DNA of 64,000 nt, taken from the NCBI RefSeq assembly GCF_000981445.1, contig NC_027218.1, forward strand, positions 868,001 through 932,000. The letters are read 5' to 3'. This document shows, piece after piece, positions 1-11,719 of this stretch. This DNA comes from Babesia bigemina. Lineage: Eukaryota. Positions within the stretch are counted from its first letter, which is position 1, and each line of letters begins with the position of its first letter. A program made the translations under genes and the position numbers. The notes beneath the pieces were generated by a model. That model saw only the letters and a program-made list of their open reading frames with translations, did not search any database and was not told the origin of the DNA.

Positions 1-700
1 CTTAGGAAACTCTTTCCATCAACCTGCAAACCATGAAAAACGTACCTCAGCCCCGGACACTGACTGTCTCTTATAGGCGCTCCACGTGCTACCTGGTAAC
101 CGCTACCTATAGCATCGCCTATTCCATCACAGCTGAAGTAGTACCCAGTTATAGCATGTGGACGGTATCGCACCAGTGGCATGCAGGTCAACCGGTACCA
201 GTTGAGCAGTCAAGACCACCCGTCACTGTCCAAATTGCGAACGCCGATTCTGAATGGCATCACAGTTGTGACATAATAAAATCATATGTAAGCTATATCG
301 CTCGATTAATACGTTTCTCATTTACACTGCTACCACCAAGGCCACCGAACTCCGCCGTCCACTGGCCATCACGTCAGATTGCCCCGGCACATCCATTGCC
401 CAGCAACGAACATTGCTAACATTGCAACCGGTATCCCAACCACCTTATAGTAATTCACGTAGCACGGTACTGTCCCTGCTGCAGCGTTGGTGACAAATCA
501 CCTAGCTTCACGGTGCGATGACGCAGACGCCTCTCACAAGTGACGCAAACCTCAACGTCCCAAACCACGAACCTATCGATGCATGATCTACATTAACTGC
601 CATATTGCTGAGTATACATTAGGTAATATATTTGGGGGAGTATTAGGTTAGGCGGTGGGTTGCTAGGTAGTGGGTTAGGTGAGTGGTGGTGAGGTGGTCT
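1..700. repeat. Dispersed repeat copy A: spacer/5' region downstream of a ves-like gene, homologous to ~37430-38130
   Basis: Shared blocks in the same order in both copies, e.g. ATCACARCTGAAGTA, GTGGCATGCA, CCAGTKGAGCAGTCAA, TACACTGCTACCA, CGCCGTCCACTGGCCATCA, ATAGTAAYTCA. Both copies also have a minus-strand GTACGT...CAG intron-like segment. Confidence 0.8.
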
Positions 701-701
701 A

Positions 702-3700
702 TCAAGGTTGCAGGTACAGCACTTTGTTGAGTGCTTTAACACGTGCAGCGGCGAGTAGTGATTGCGCGGCGATACGATGTGATGAGGGAGAGTGCAAATG
801 CGATTTGATGTGGAGCAGGTCGAGGCGGATGACCATGATGTGGATGAGGTACAAGAGAGAGAGGAGCCACAGGGCGAGGAGAAGGTAGGAGAAGGGTTGT
901 CTTATTTCCCATAAAAACTTATCGCACTCGTCAAATAGTTTGCTGAAATATTCGGAGTGTAGTACATTACTCAGTTGGGTACGGAAGTCGAAGCACGTTT
1001 TTTTCTTAGAGTTCAACTCTTCTGCATCATCATACGTTAGTCCGTATCTATACAGCGTAGGCAATACACCTTTGCAGCTTACTATTGAAGGGCATTGGCA
1101 ACCAAATCCGATTGACGAGGGGTTAAGGAAACCATGCTGACCACGCTTACAGTTATTGCTGTTTAGGCATACACGGCACCCCCAGTCCCGGCAAAATATG
1201 TCTTGAAAATCCTTGAGCAGTGATTCAAGATAGCAATGGAATTGCCATGGTAGGTAGACAGCCCATGATAGGTAGAGGTCGGAATGCTTGGGGGCATGAT
1301 GCCTGTAGTAGTCCGTATAAAGTGAGAATAGGTAAGGTGCGCTGCTAAGATTGTTGTGCATACATATACCCCGCGTAGAAAGGTGCATAAGGTGATGGTA
1401 GACGCATTTAGAATGTTGCACCGTGTCTGCACTACCGTATGCATCGCTAAATGCATCAGTAAACGCGGATGTATTGCCATATAATTTCATGGACAGTTTC
1501 TTAATGGATGTTTCGAAATTTGTTTTGATAACGTTTGTATTTGCCTTATTACTACCATGGAATTTATTAACTAATGATGATACAAAACCAAAGTGTTCAG
1601 GCAACGTAGTAGGAGGTCTTGGAACAAGGCAGAAAAGAGAGGTTATATCCACATTGACGAAGAATTCACCTATAATTCCACTCAGATCCGAACCGGTACG
1701 CGCGCTACCTGAGAACTCCCTGAAGCCAAGGGGAGTGAGACACGGCATCCCATTCTGTGATGTGGGACACGTAAAACATTTGGGCTGACATCCAATGGAG
1801 CGCAGTTGATGAGGCAAATAACCGAGCAAACAGTCACTTAGATAGGACATGAGCGGTGACTGAGATTGGCAATCAAATTTGTCCGTTGAATGGTCGTTGC
1901 ATTGCCAGTTACAGGGTTGGGCACTTTTACCGTATTGACAATCGGCCCAACCGTAATGTACAGCGCTGATTTTACATTGGGTGTGCAAGAATCTGAGGAC
2001 TGGAAACAACCTGCGGAGGATGTCCAGAAGCATGTGAAGACATTCTTCCCCGGTTGCAGGATAATGAAAATTGAGTGAGTTGTTCGAAAAGTCGCAGGCA
2101 TAATACGTTGTTGAAGCGTCACCAGTGCCAACGATAGCGGTGAGTAGTTTGCGAGAATAAGTGGACGAGTTATATATGTAATAAGAAATTGTATCTCTCT
2201 GTGCCAATGCAAACTGATGATTATTTCCTGGGTCATACAATCTTCGAATGCATATTTGGAGTTTGCTGTATACAATATTATGCTCCAGGCCGCAAAGCCA
2301 CACCAGCATCTCAAATATAGTACAGGGATGTTCAGGTGGCACTGGATTACGGAGGTGACAAACATTATAATATTCTACTAGGTGAGAGAAAAGTTTTCCA
2401 AGAATGCCTTTGGGCGTCTTAACATTTTCCAAATATACAAAAAATGTGTTATTCGTTTCTTGGGATGATTGGAATTCATTCTTACCACTAAACGCTTTTT
2501 TTAAAATATCTTTCACCCGTGAACCCTTTTGATCTTGTAAAAGATTCTCAACAACATAGCCATGATTTTCAATATAACTTCTGAAGTCATATTTATTGTC
2601 AGCGCCTTTAATAGGATTGTATTTGTAATCCCTTGAACAATTGTAAAACAACCCATGAAGGTCGTGGAACAGAGCATCGATAATTGTGATGCCAATTTTA
2701 GCGCAATTCATAGCGTCTTCAGTAAATTTAGATTTAGACGGGTCATCCCATTCAAACCCATACGACGCACCATCATATGCGTTCACATAAGCGTAGCTGA
2801 TCTCCTTCATTAAATATTGAAGACCTGATTTTAAGGCGTCTAGCAGGGAACTACTCTGCCCGGCGAACTTCGAAGGGTGCATCGTACGAAGGACCTTGAG
2901 AAATTCAGTACACCTATATGCAGACTTGTGACTGAATCTCCCTTCGCATAGCACGCTGAAAAGTTGCAGCGTGTGTATATGGAGCGTTCCAAAGTAGTCT
3001 ATAATGGGATTCTTGGTGGTTTGGGTAGACGACGACCGCTGGCCTGTGGAGTCGGTATTATGTGACATACCAGCACGACCCGAAGGGTTCTGTATGCTTT
3101 TACGCGGAATGCGAGGCATATGCGTTACTTTACGTGGTCCATATGGCTTATTTGAAATCTCAATTTGATTGTGAACAAGATGCACACCCTGCGTGTTATG
3201 CTGATTCTTTATTCGCAAGTCATCTTCGTCATCTTCACTTTCTACCTCCTCTTCGTCATCTTCCACTTCCAAGCCGTCATGTTGGAATTTAACGTACTTA
3301 TGAAGATGATTGTAAAGGTGTTTGAAAGTTTTGGCAAGTGTTTTCATGTCTGGAGATGTTTTAAGGCCATTGACTTTCTTTTCGATCCATATTTTCAGCA
3401 ACAGTAAAGCTCCTTTTATTCCTTTATTTAAGTCGTTAACTATAATGCTTCTAATATTTTGTTTATGCTCCTGCACACGCTCCTTTAAAGATATCAAATC
3501 AGCCTCCTTTTGCTTAGCGCACATAGCGTAAACCCCGGAAATAATTTGCTCAAAGGCGTTTCTGACTTTATCTTTAATGGTAGACCTAAGGTTCTCGTTT
3601 TTGCTTTCGGAATCCTCGAATGCCTTGCCAAGATAATATTCTGCCTTGGTGGAGCAATCATCGAAAAGCTCATATGCATTAACTAATGTTTCAACCGTAT

Positions 3701-6700
3701 CTTTAATTAGATTTTGGAGTTGTTCGAAACAGCTCATTCGAGCCACATAGTCATCATTGAATGCGGAGTTTTCTTTCACTGCTTTAAACAAAGTAGTAAA
3801 ATCCTGGTCGAACAATGTTAATAATTTACCTCTCTGACCCTTCTCTTTAAACATAGAGGCCTTAAGCCCAGCGATTTTGTTCTCAGCCTTGGTAACTTCC
3901 AATTCAATCGCATCGGCGTACTTCTGCTCCGCTTCCCCAACCTTTTCCTTAATGGATCGTATAGCGTTTTGAAGATAATTCATTGCAGAATTTTGGTAGG
4001 CTTTTTCGTAGGCAGTAGAAAGGTTTTTTACATTATGCATTATTAAGTCTTTGAGATCGTTGAAGCATTGTATACGTAATGCTGTATCCGTTTTAAATGC
4101 GGAATTCAGCGTTACGTTTTGTTGCAATTGTCTAAAGGGTTCTTCAAACGAAAGTTCTAATTTCTTTCTTGTATCCCTTTTTGTAAACTTCTCTTCGGTA
4201 ATACCACCAATCAATTCTCTAATACTACTTATATTTCCTCTAACAGATGCTTCATACACCTCCTCAGTCCTCTGAATTTTGTTCTGTATTGCCTTAATTG
4301 CCCCGATGAGGTAAGACTTCGCAGAACTCTGGTAGGCCTTTTGGTAAGCTATCTCTAAAGATTTTATTATGTTCTCTATGACCGATTTTAGGTTTTCGAA
4401 ATATTGTGTGCGATACGTTCGGTCTTCTGAGAAGACTGATTTAGTATCGGTGGCGGCGGCGATCTCCTCGAATGGTGTGGAAATAGCAGATATTACGCTA
4501 GCAAGTCTATCCTGTTCGGCAATAGTTTTAAGATCCTCAACTTGCGCCATAATCCGTGCACTTAGCTTGGTAATTTCCGACTGATAAGCACTTTCCGCCT
4601 TATTGACTCTTTTTTTTATCTCACTAATCGCACCGCTGAGGTACGTTTTCGCTGCACTCTTGAATGCATTTTTGTAGGCGGCAGACAGCGTGGAAATCGT
4701 ATCGTTGAATAGTTGCATGAGGTTAGCAAAGTACTTCTCACGCGCTTTTTTGTCATCATCGTAAACAGAATGATCGGTGACGGCCAATTGAATGCTGGAG
4801 AAATGATGTTCATAGTCTCTGAGAAAACCATCAAGTTTATTGTTTTCCGCATTCTTTTTAAGATTTACAATGTGCCCTTTAATCGAATGAAGTGCCGCCT
4901 GAACTTTTTGTTTGTATGCTTGGTCGGCTTTGATGTTTTCTTCGTTGGCTTCTTTGAAGGTGTGACTCAGAAGGCTAGAGATGTAGCTGTGGATCCAAGC
5001 AATTGAATCAGCGTCTTCTTTTAGGCTAGAAATTCTATGCTGGATTCCACCACTAGTAATATGTTCTAACTTATCAAAATGCGGCTGTATACGTCCCTTA
5101 AACGTTATGGAAATATCTTTAACCTTCTGAAGGGATGCAACAACGTCATCGGCCAATTGTTTGGCTTGGGATGTCCTCTGTTTAGAAGCCGCAACAGGCT
5201 GTAATGCATCCACAATCTTTTTGCGCAACCCAAAATCAGTGCATAATAGATATGAATCGGCATGTACCAAGGCGGCCAACAAGTCCTCTTGAGTTTGCGA
5301 AGCCAATTTGTCTAATGAGTTCTTATAATCCGTAAATACCTTATCAGTGCTATTAAATGCAGCATTTAAGTTCTTTAAATCTTTTGTAATATGTTCTGCT
5401 TGGCCATGTTTATTCAACGCCTTTTCAATAACCTGAGTGTGCTCCTGAATTGTGGTTCTCTCCACATCCTTAAGCATCGCCATGGTATCAACGTTATCCC
5501 TATCTACCCTATCCAATTGGTTTTGAATAGCATCAATGGCTTGCTTAACCTTACTGTTATTTAACCCTCCGTGCACCAATAGACAGTCTTGAACCTTAGC
5601 AATAATATTCGCCAAAGACTTTTGGGCTTGCTCAGCGACACTCTGTAATGCATCTTTATGGTATGCGAATGCAACATCAGGACCTTCAATTGATTCAGAT
5701 AAGTTTAACAAACCACTTTTCACACTATCTGCAGCACTGATGCTGAGCGCCTGCGTGATATTTGTAATACCTTCACTATTCATAAAATTACTTTTCAAAT
5801 TAGTAAGATCAGTCATGCTATTAACATGTGAATGTACACTCTCCATCTTCACTTGAATAGTTTCTATTGCCGTTTTAACCTTTTCATTCCTTATCCCGCC
5901 CAAGAACGCAGCATTCTTTCTGGTGCACTCTAGAGCTGTTTCCAAATTCCGTCTGGCTTCTTCAACCAATTTCTGCAAATTACTGTCATGCTGATTTCTA
6001 AATACATTGCCAGGCTGGCCGATTGACGTCTCCAAATCCCTTATCCCATCAGTAACACTCCTATCTACAGTGCTAGTAAGAGACAGTATAATCGTCCCGA
6101 TATGCTTCTGCACAGTTGCAGTTTTCAAATCTGCCAATATGTCCTTATCAACAACAGTGTTCGCTTTATCTTTCAGCCTGTTTTCAATAGCTCGAATCGC
6201 TGTTTTAATCGTTTCATTTCTTAATCCTCCCAAGGTTAAAGCACTATTTTTCGCACAGTTTACTGCATTCTTTAAATCACCTTGAGCTGCCTTGAGATGT
6301 TCGTTCAGAAATGCTTCACGAATCGCGTCAATGTCCCCTTTTACTTTTTCAATAAGTTCCGTGACACCTTTCTCATGCTCGTGAATTGTATGCTTAACAT
6401 TCGCAGTTATAAAATATTCAACTTGTTTGGGCAGTTTATCAAAAGCATTCTGAAGAGTTTCCACGGCTTTTGCATAACCCCTGACCTGCGCGGCGTTCTG
6501 CAACCTTTTTACAGCTTCTTTCACCACCGTAATTGATGTCTCAATTTTTTTTTGAAGTCCGGGGTCTAAATCCCTTACAAAGTTTTCTGCGGCATCTGAG
6601 ATTCCGACAAAGCCCTCGGTGGTTGTTTGCCAATAAAGAGACTGTTCCTTAACCGATATTGTTTTCAAATGGGAAATAACTTTGATTTCGTCTTCTATAT

Positions 6701-7361
6701 TACTGTTTAGATCATGTAACGTTTTTTGCACGTTTTCACTTCTTTCCTTCAAAACGTGTTCCCAATCCCGAAGCCCCAACTCGACAACTGATAAAAATCC
6801 TTCAAGACCTTCTCGACCTTGTTTTAACTTACCTTTCATTTTTTCGACATCCTTGTCTGCCTCACTCCAGTACGTTTGAACACTCTCATCATCCTTTACA
6901 CTCTCCAAAAATCCGTGCAGAAACGCCATTATTCCGTCACATAGCCTGTCCAAATCGGAATACACGATGCCCTTTCCAGTGTAGCCTCTGAATTTGTTGT
7001 CGAAACCTAAGAAGGACTCGAGGGCGGAACATAATTGCGCCAAAATGTTTTTATCCCCTGTCAAACATAAACACTTTTTAAACTCTTCAAGCTTGCTAAT
7101 ATATTCATTACCTTCAACAATTTCCATTTTAATATCTTCAGAACGCTTCGGATCAGCAGCAGAAAGCTTATCAGCTTCTCCCACCTTTTTTTTAAGGTAT
7201 TCATCAGCCTTATCAATAGCCTCATCAATCACCTGTTGCAAAGCCTTGGCCAACTCATCAAGACCATCACCATCCTTACCATTCCCATGCCTAATCTGGA
7301 TGAGCCAGTCGATGGCCTCCCTTAAATTTTCAGGGCAGTCGGTCAGTTTCTTAGGTGCCAT
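702..7361 (-). CDS. Large ves/VESA-related variant surface protein (Babesia family often labelled 'extracellular matrix-binding ebh, putative'), 2219 aa, intronless
   Basis: N-terminus MAPKKLTDCPENLREAIDWL and motif GYTGKGIVYSDLDRLCD, helical repeats, Cys-rich C-domain, single TM and the family tail RLDLLHIKSHLHSPSSHRIAAQSLLAAARV..YLQP. Confidence 0.9.
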   Translation of the reverse strand: MAPKKLTDCPENLREAIDWLIQIRHGNGKDGDGLDELAKALQQVIDEAIDKADEYLKKKVGEADKLSAADPKRSEDIKMEIVEGNEYISKLEEFKKCLCLTGDKNILAQLCSALESFLGFDNKFRGYTGKGIVYSDLDRLCDGIMAFLHGFLESVKDDESVQTYWSEADKDVEKMKGKLKQGREGLEGFLSVVELGLRDWEHVLKERSENVQKTLHDLNSNIEDEIKVISHLKTISVKEQSLYWQTTTEGFVGISDAAENFVRDLDPGLQKKIETSITVVKEAVKRLQNAAQVRGYAKAVETLQNAFDKLPKQVEYFITANVKHTIHEHEKGVTELIEKVKGDIDAIREAFLNEHLKAAQGDLKNAVNCAKNSALTLGGLRNETIKTAIRAIENRLKDKANTVVDKDILADLKTATVQKHIGTIILSLTSTVDRSVTDGIRDLETSIGQPGNVFRNQHDSNLQKLVEEARRNLETALECTRKNAAFLGGIRNEKVKTAIETIQVKMESVHSHVNSMTDLTNLKSNFMNSEGITNITQALSISAADSVKSGLLNLSESIEGPDVAFAYHKDALQSVAEQAQKSLANIIAKVQDCLLVHGGLNNSKVKQAIDAIQNQLDRVDRDNVDTMAMLKDVERTTIQEHTQVIEKALNKHGQAEHITKDLKNLNAAFNSTDKVFTDYKNSLDKLASQTQEDLLAALVHADSYLLCTDFGLRKKIVDALQPVAASKQRTSQAKQLADDVVASLQKVKDISITFKGRIQPHFDKLEHITSGGIQHRISSLKEDADSIAWIHSYISSLLSHTFKEANEENIKADQAYKQKVQAALHSIKGHIVNLKKNAENNKLDGFLRDYEHHFSSIQLAVTDHSVYDDDKKAREKYFANLMQLFNDTISTLSAAYKNAFKSAAKTYLSGAISEIKKRVNKAESAYQSEITKLSARIMAQVEDLKTIAEQDRLASVISAISTPFEEIAAATDTKSVFSEDRTYRTQYFENLKSVIENIIKSLEIAYQKAYQSSAKSYLIGAIKAIQNKIQRTEEVYEASVRGNISSIRELIGGITEEKFTKRDTRKKLELSFEEPFRQLQQNVTLNSAFKTDTALRIQCFNDLKDLIMHNVKNLSTAYEKAYQNSAMNYLQNAIRSIKEKVGEAEQKYADAIELEVTKAENKIAGLKASMFKEKGQRGKLLTLFDQDFTTLFKAVKENSAFNDDYVARMSCFEQLQNLIKDTVETLVNAYELFDDCSTKAEYYLGKAFEDSESKNENLRSTIKDKVRNAFEQIISGVYAMCAKQKEADLISLKERVQEHKQNIRSIIVNDLNKGIKGALLLLKIWIEKKVNGLKTSPDMKTLAKTFKHLYNHLHKYVKFQHDGLEVEDDEEEVESEDDEDDLRIKNQHNTQGVHLVHNQIEISNKPYGPRKVTHMPRIPRKSIQNPSGRAGMSHNTDSTGQRSSSTQTTKNPIIDYFGTLHIHTLQLFSVLCEGRFSHKSAYRCTEFLKVLRTMHPSKFAGQSSSLLDALKSGLQYLMKEISYAYVNAYDGASYGFEWDDPSKSKFTEDAMNCAKIGITIIDALFHDLHGLFYNCSRDYKYNPIKGADNKYDFRSYIENHGYVVENLLQDQKGSRVKDILKKAFSGKNEFQSSQETNNTFFVYLENVKTPKGILGKLFSHLVEYYNVCHLRNPVPPEHPCTIFEMLVWLCGLEHNIVYSKLQICIRRLYDPGNNHQFALAQRDTISYYIYNSSTYSRKLLTAIVGTGDASTTYYACDFSNNSLNFHYPATGEECLHMLLDILRRLFPVLRFLHTQCKISAVHYGWADCQYGKSAQPCNWQCNDHSTDKFDCQSQSPLMSYLSDCLLGYLPHQLRSIGCQPKCFTCPTSQNGMPCLTPLGFREFSGSARTGSDLSGIIGEFFVNVDITSLFCLVPRPPTTLPEHFGFVSSLVNKFHGSNKANTNVIKTNFETSIKKLSMKLYGNTSAFTDAFSDAYGSADTVQHSKCVYHHLMHLSTRGICMHNNLSSAPYLFSLYTDYYRHHAPKHSDLYLSWAVYLPWQFHCYLESLLKDFQDIFCRDWGCRVCLNSNNCKRGQHGFLNPSSIGFGCQCPSIVSCKGVLPTLYRYGLTYDDAEELNSKKKTCFDFRTQLSNVLHSEYFSKLFDECDKFLWEIRQPFSYLLLALWLLSLLYLIHIMVIRLDLLHIKSHLHSPSSHRIAAQSLLAAARVKALNKVLYLQP

Positions 7362-8400
7362 CTGTCAGAAGCGTAAACTTAACGTGAGTGCAACCTCAAG
7401 CAACCCACCAACAATTTGAGGCTGCATACACTTAACTTCCGCGAAAATGCGATAAGCACTGGACGACTGGCAAACTCCTCTCTCAGTGCTCTAAACTACA
7501 TTACCTAAGCGTCAGCTCGATTGATGACGTATTTGAAATTCACGACGAAATTAGCTTCCGCCTTGCTCACCGTTTCCTAACCGCCAGCACCCAGACAGCC
7601 CGAAATTCATACACTTAGGAGGTGACGTCAGACCTCCAAACTACAGCCCTATGTTTACCTTCCTTAAGAAACAGCTAGAGGTGATGCAAGCTGCGAGTTA
7701 ATATTCGCATCAAATTCTACACTGTCTCTACGCAATTACTGGTACACCCCACTACTGTCACACGCCAACAATACAAGAGAGGATACATTCGCGAAAAGTC
7801 AAATGGAATGATGCAGTGCAGTCATCTGAATAGCAGCATGTTGTAAAAACGAGGCGAGATATCTCCCGGTTAATTGACTCTTTGCTGCCTTCACAAGTAG
7901 TGGAATCTACGCTGCGTGTTATAGGAATATGACGTTAATATGGAGAATTCGGAGTGTAACATTGAATAACAGTGAATATAAAAGGAACTGCAAAAGACCA
8001 TACTGGCAGAACGGCAGTGAGGAGTAGGTGAATGACGATGGTAACAATGGATTGCCGAGGACAAGACGCTCAACATGGAGAAGGACAAGGAGCGTTACTA
8101 AGCTGAATTCCATCCGAATAGGAAGCAGAGTGCGACGATCATCGTGGAAGCCAAGGTTACCAACCAATGCCTCTATGTCAAGACTGAGATACAGCAGGTG
8201 TGAAGACGTGGTGAAGGAGCCGAAAGGGGAATAGATACGCCAGATGATATGTTATAGGCAAAGGCCTATCTGATAGGCGAAATGGTGGTTCAAGGTGATC
8301 ACTTCTTTGTGAACGACCCTGGCGCCCAGACAGGATTGGTGACACAGGTGGCACCAGTGACGATCGGCAACGTACCGACGAGGAACCAGCAGCCAACACC
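7362..8400. promoter_or_regulatory. Conserved ~1 kb upstream element of ves-like gene (copy 1)
   Basis: Colinear homology with 50277-51310; the offset drifts only from 42915 to 42924 across ~1 kb. Confidence 0.75.
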
Positions 8401-8532
8401 AACGGATCGTGATTTGCTATCATGGTTCACTAAAAATCTGACAGAACCAAAACATAGCCAGATAGGAAACCTTACAATATGAAATATCGCGTATTTTAAA
8501 CAATGATGTTGCAATGGTCCAATACCCATGGT

Positions 8533-10018
8533 CTACCGTAATTTGGCCAGCATCATGATCAGCACCGACCACAACGCCAGTGCGTTTGCGTGGTGGGTCA
8601 TTGCACCGTGCAGAGGCACGTGTTTAACGACGGTCATAATGCCTAACACGACCTGCAGTAGTGAGGCATGCAGGGTCCCCATGGCCAGTTTGCGGACCGC
8701 GGTTGGAACTCCCTGCGCTCTTGCAGCCATGTAAGTGGCCATTGACATTACAGCCGTGATGTATCCGAGACATCTGTGGTTGAATTGCACGACGCCTGTT
8801 TTTTCGAAGAGGTGATTGATACAGTTGACTTGGGCGTAGTCGTCCGGAATGTAGGAATCCAGCATTTTCGGCCACGTGTTGTATGCCAAACCCGCATCAT
8901 TCCCCGCGACAATCGAACCGTACAGCATGGTCAAAAATAGTGACGCAAGTGTGGCTTTCCCCATCCTGCGCACCCTCCGTAAGGCAGTGGTGTCAGGAGA
9001 CGCCAGTTCATTGCCAGCTCTTAGAGTCCTCAAACCATTCCATAAGCACAGCGAGTATATGGCAAGTGCGTTGGTGAAGTGTATGGCTAGCCTGTAAGGT
9101 GACACCCTGCACACGTGTGATCGGCTGTGCTTTCTACGTTACCTTGGCGTCTTATTTTCAGTTTCCGGTTCTTTAAATCCGCTTTCTACCATCCACTTCC
9201 CAACAAACGCCTGTGATAAACCAATTCCCGATATACCTATACGATATAGACATATTACCGGCTAAGTCTTACCCATTGCAAGCAAATGCCCCCCTGGCGC
9301 CAGCGCACCCCGTATCGCCAGGAACAATGCACCCCCGCCAAAACACATTCCTGCGAACCTTCCTAGCATACGGTGCACCCATTCATTGAGATAAATGTTC
9401 TGGTAGTCCTCTAGCGATATATCGTAGTGCACCTGCTTGTATTCGGGCGTGGCCTGTTGCGACATGCAAGCTGTTACGTTTCAAACCACCTTATATCTTT
9501 CGAATTCGCGATCCCACTCATCTTCATCTTTAGGCAGATGCTTTCCCAGTAGATGCCAGTCCAGCATTGATAAGCCGCTTTCGTTGAGTCGCACGTAGGC
9601 ACCGATCGCCATAACGCCTGCAGTGATGCCAGCGGAGCCTGAATATATATTAAAGATAGTCATTATGTAACCAACCCAACAACCAATAGGCGACTGTTTT
9701 CTCCTTTCCTGGCCGTGCAATTCTAAACCACCTTGAACAATCGCTACGGTGGTTGCCAGAGTGCCCCGGTGTAGCTTCTCCTTCCCTCGAAAACAGCGCC
9801 TCTGAAGACCCTTTTATGCCACTTGAATCGCTTGCACCTGAAACATCGGTTCTACCGATGTTTACAGCCTCCTTGTAGTGTCTGAATGCTCCATTGGTTG
9901 AGTGACCTGCCCGTAACTGTAGCGCCTGGCGACACAGCGGAACTCGCTGCCTTCCGTGGAGGAACGAGCGCACCACATCTAGCCTTACGCCACCAAGCCT
10001 CGCTATATTAAGCATCAT
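8533..10018 (-). CDS. COX15: Heme A synthase COX15 (multi-exon)
   Basis: Motifs [65 protein letters not shown] across exons; basic N-terminal presequence; short GT-AG introns. Confidence 0.92.
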
Positions 10019-10155
10019 TTGTATCTTATAAGTCTGACTTTTTGTTTTTGCAGCTTCATAGCCCCCATGTGTACGACGTCGCGTGACCGCCTGTTGTTAC
10101 ACCTTGATATGGATCACGTATAATTCACTTCTTTTGACATCACGCTCTTCGTAAT

Positions 10156-11555
<1,400 letters not shown>

Positions 11556-11618
11556 GCGACGGTGTGCCTGTTTAGCACATTTTTCGAACATAGTGCTAAA
11601 ATTTGGCCTCAGGGGCGG

Positions 11619-11701
11619 GCACGGATGTCCGAGTGGTTAAGGAGGGGGACTTAAGATCCTCTGGTCGTGAGACCGCGTGGGTTCGAACCCCACTCCGTGC
11701 A
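11619..11701 (+). tRNA. tRNA-Leu(TAA)
   Basis: Acceptor stem GCACGGA/TCCGTGC plus A, D-loop GAGTGGTTAAG, anticodon loop CTTAAGA, long variable arm, T-loop GGTTCGAACCC. Confidence 0.95.
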
Positions 11702-11719
11702 CTAATTTATTTGCCTTTT

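Noticed and set aside
702..7361. Bacterial Ebh / horizontal transfer interpretation of the AT-richer giant ORFs
   Set aside because: Termini and Cys-rich domain are Babesia ves-type; the similarity is generic helical repeat
7919..8167. 82-aa hydrophobic minus-strand ORF in the upstream element
   Set aside because: The paralogous copy has a premature stop and mostly non-synonymous changes in this frame
8400..8533. Both ves upstream elements adjoin cytochrome oxidase biogenesis genes (COX15, CMC1-like)
   Set aside because: Only two cases and no shared junction sequence; probably coincidence
11571..11600. TTTAGCAC/GTGCTAAA inverted repeat after MetAP2
   Set aside because: An 8-bp stem with no further support; bacterial-type terminators do not apply here
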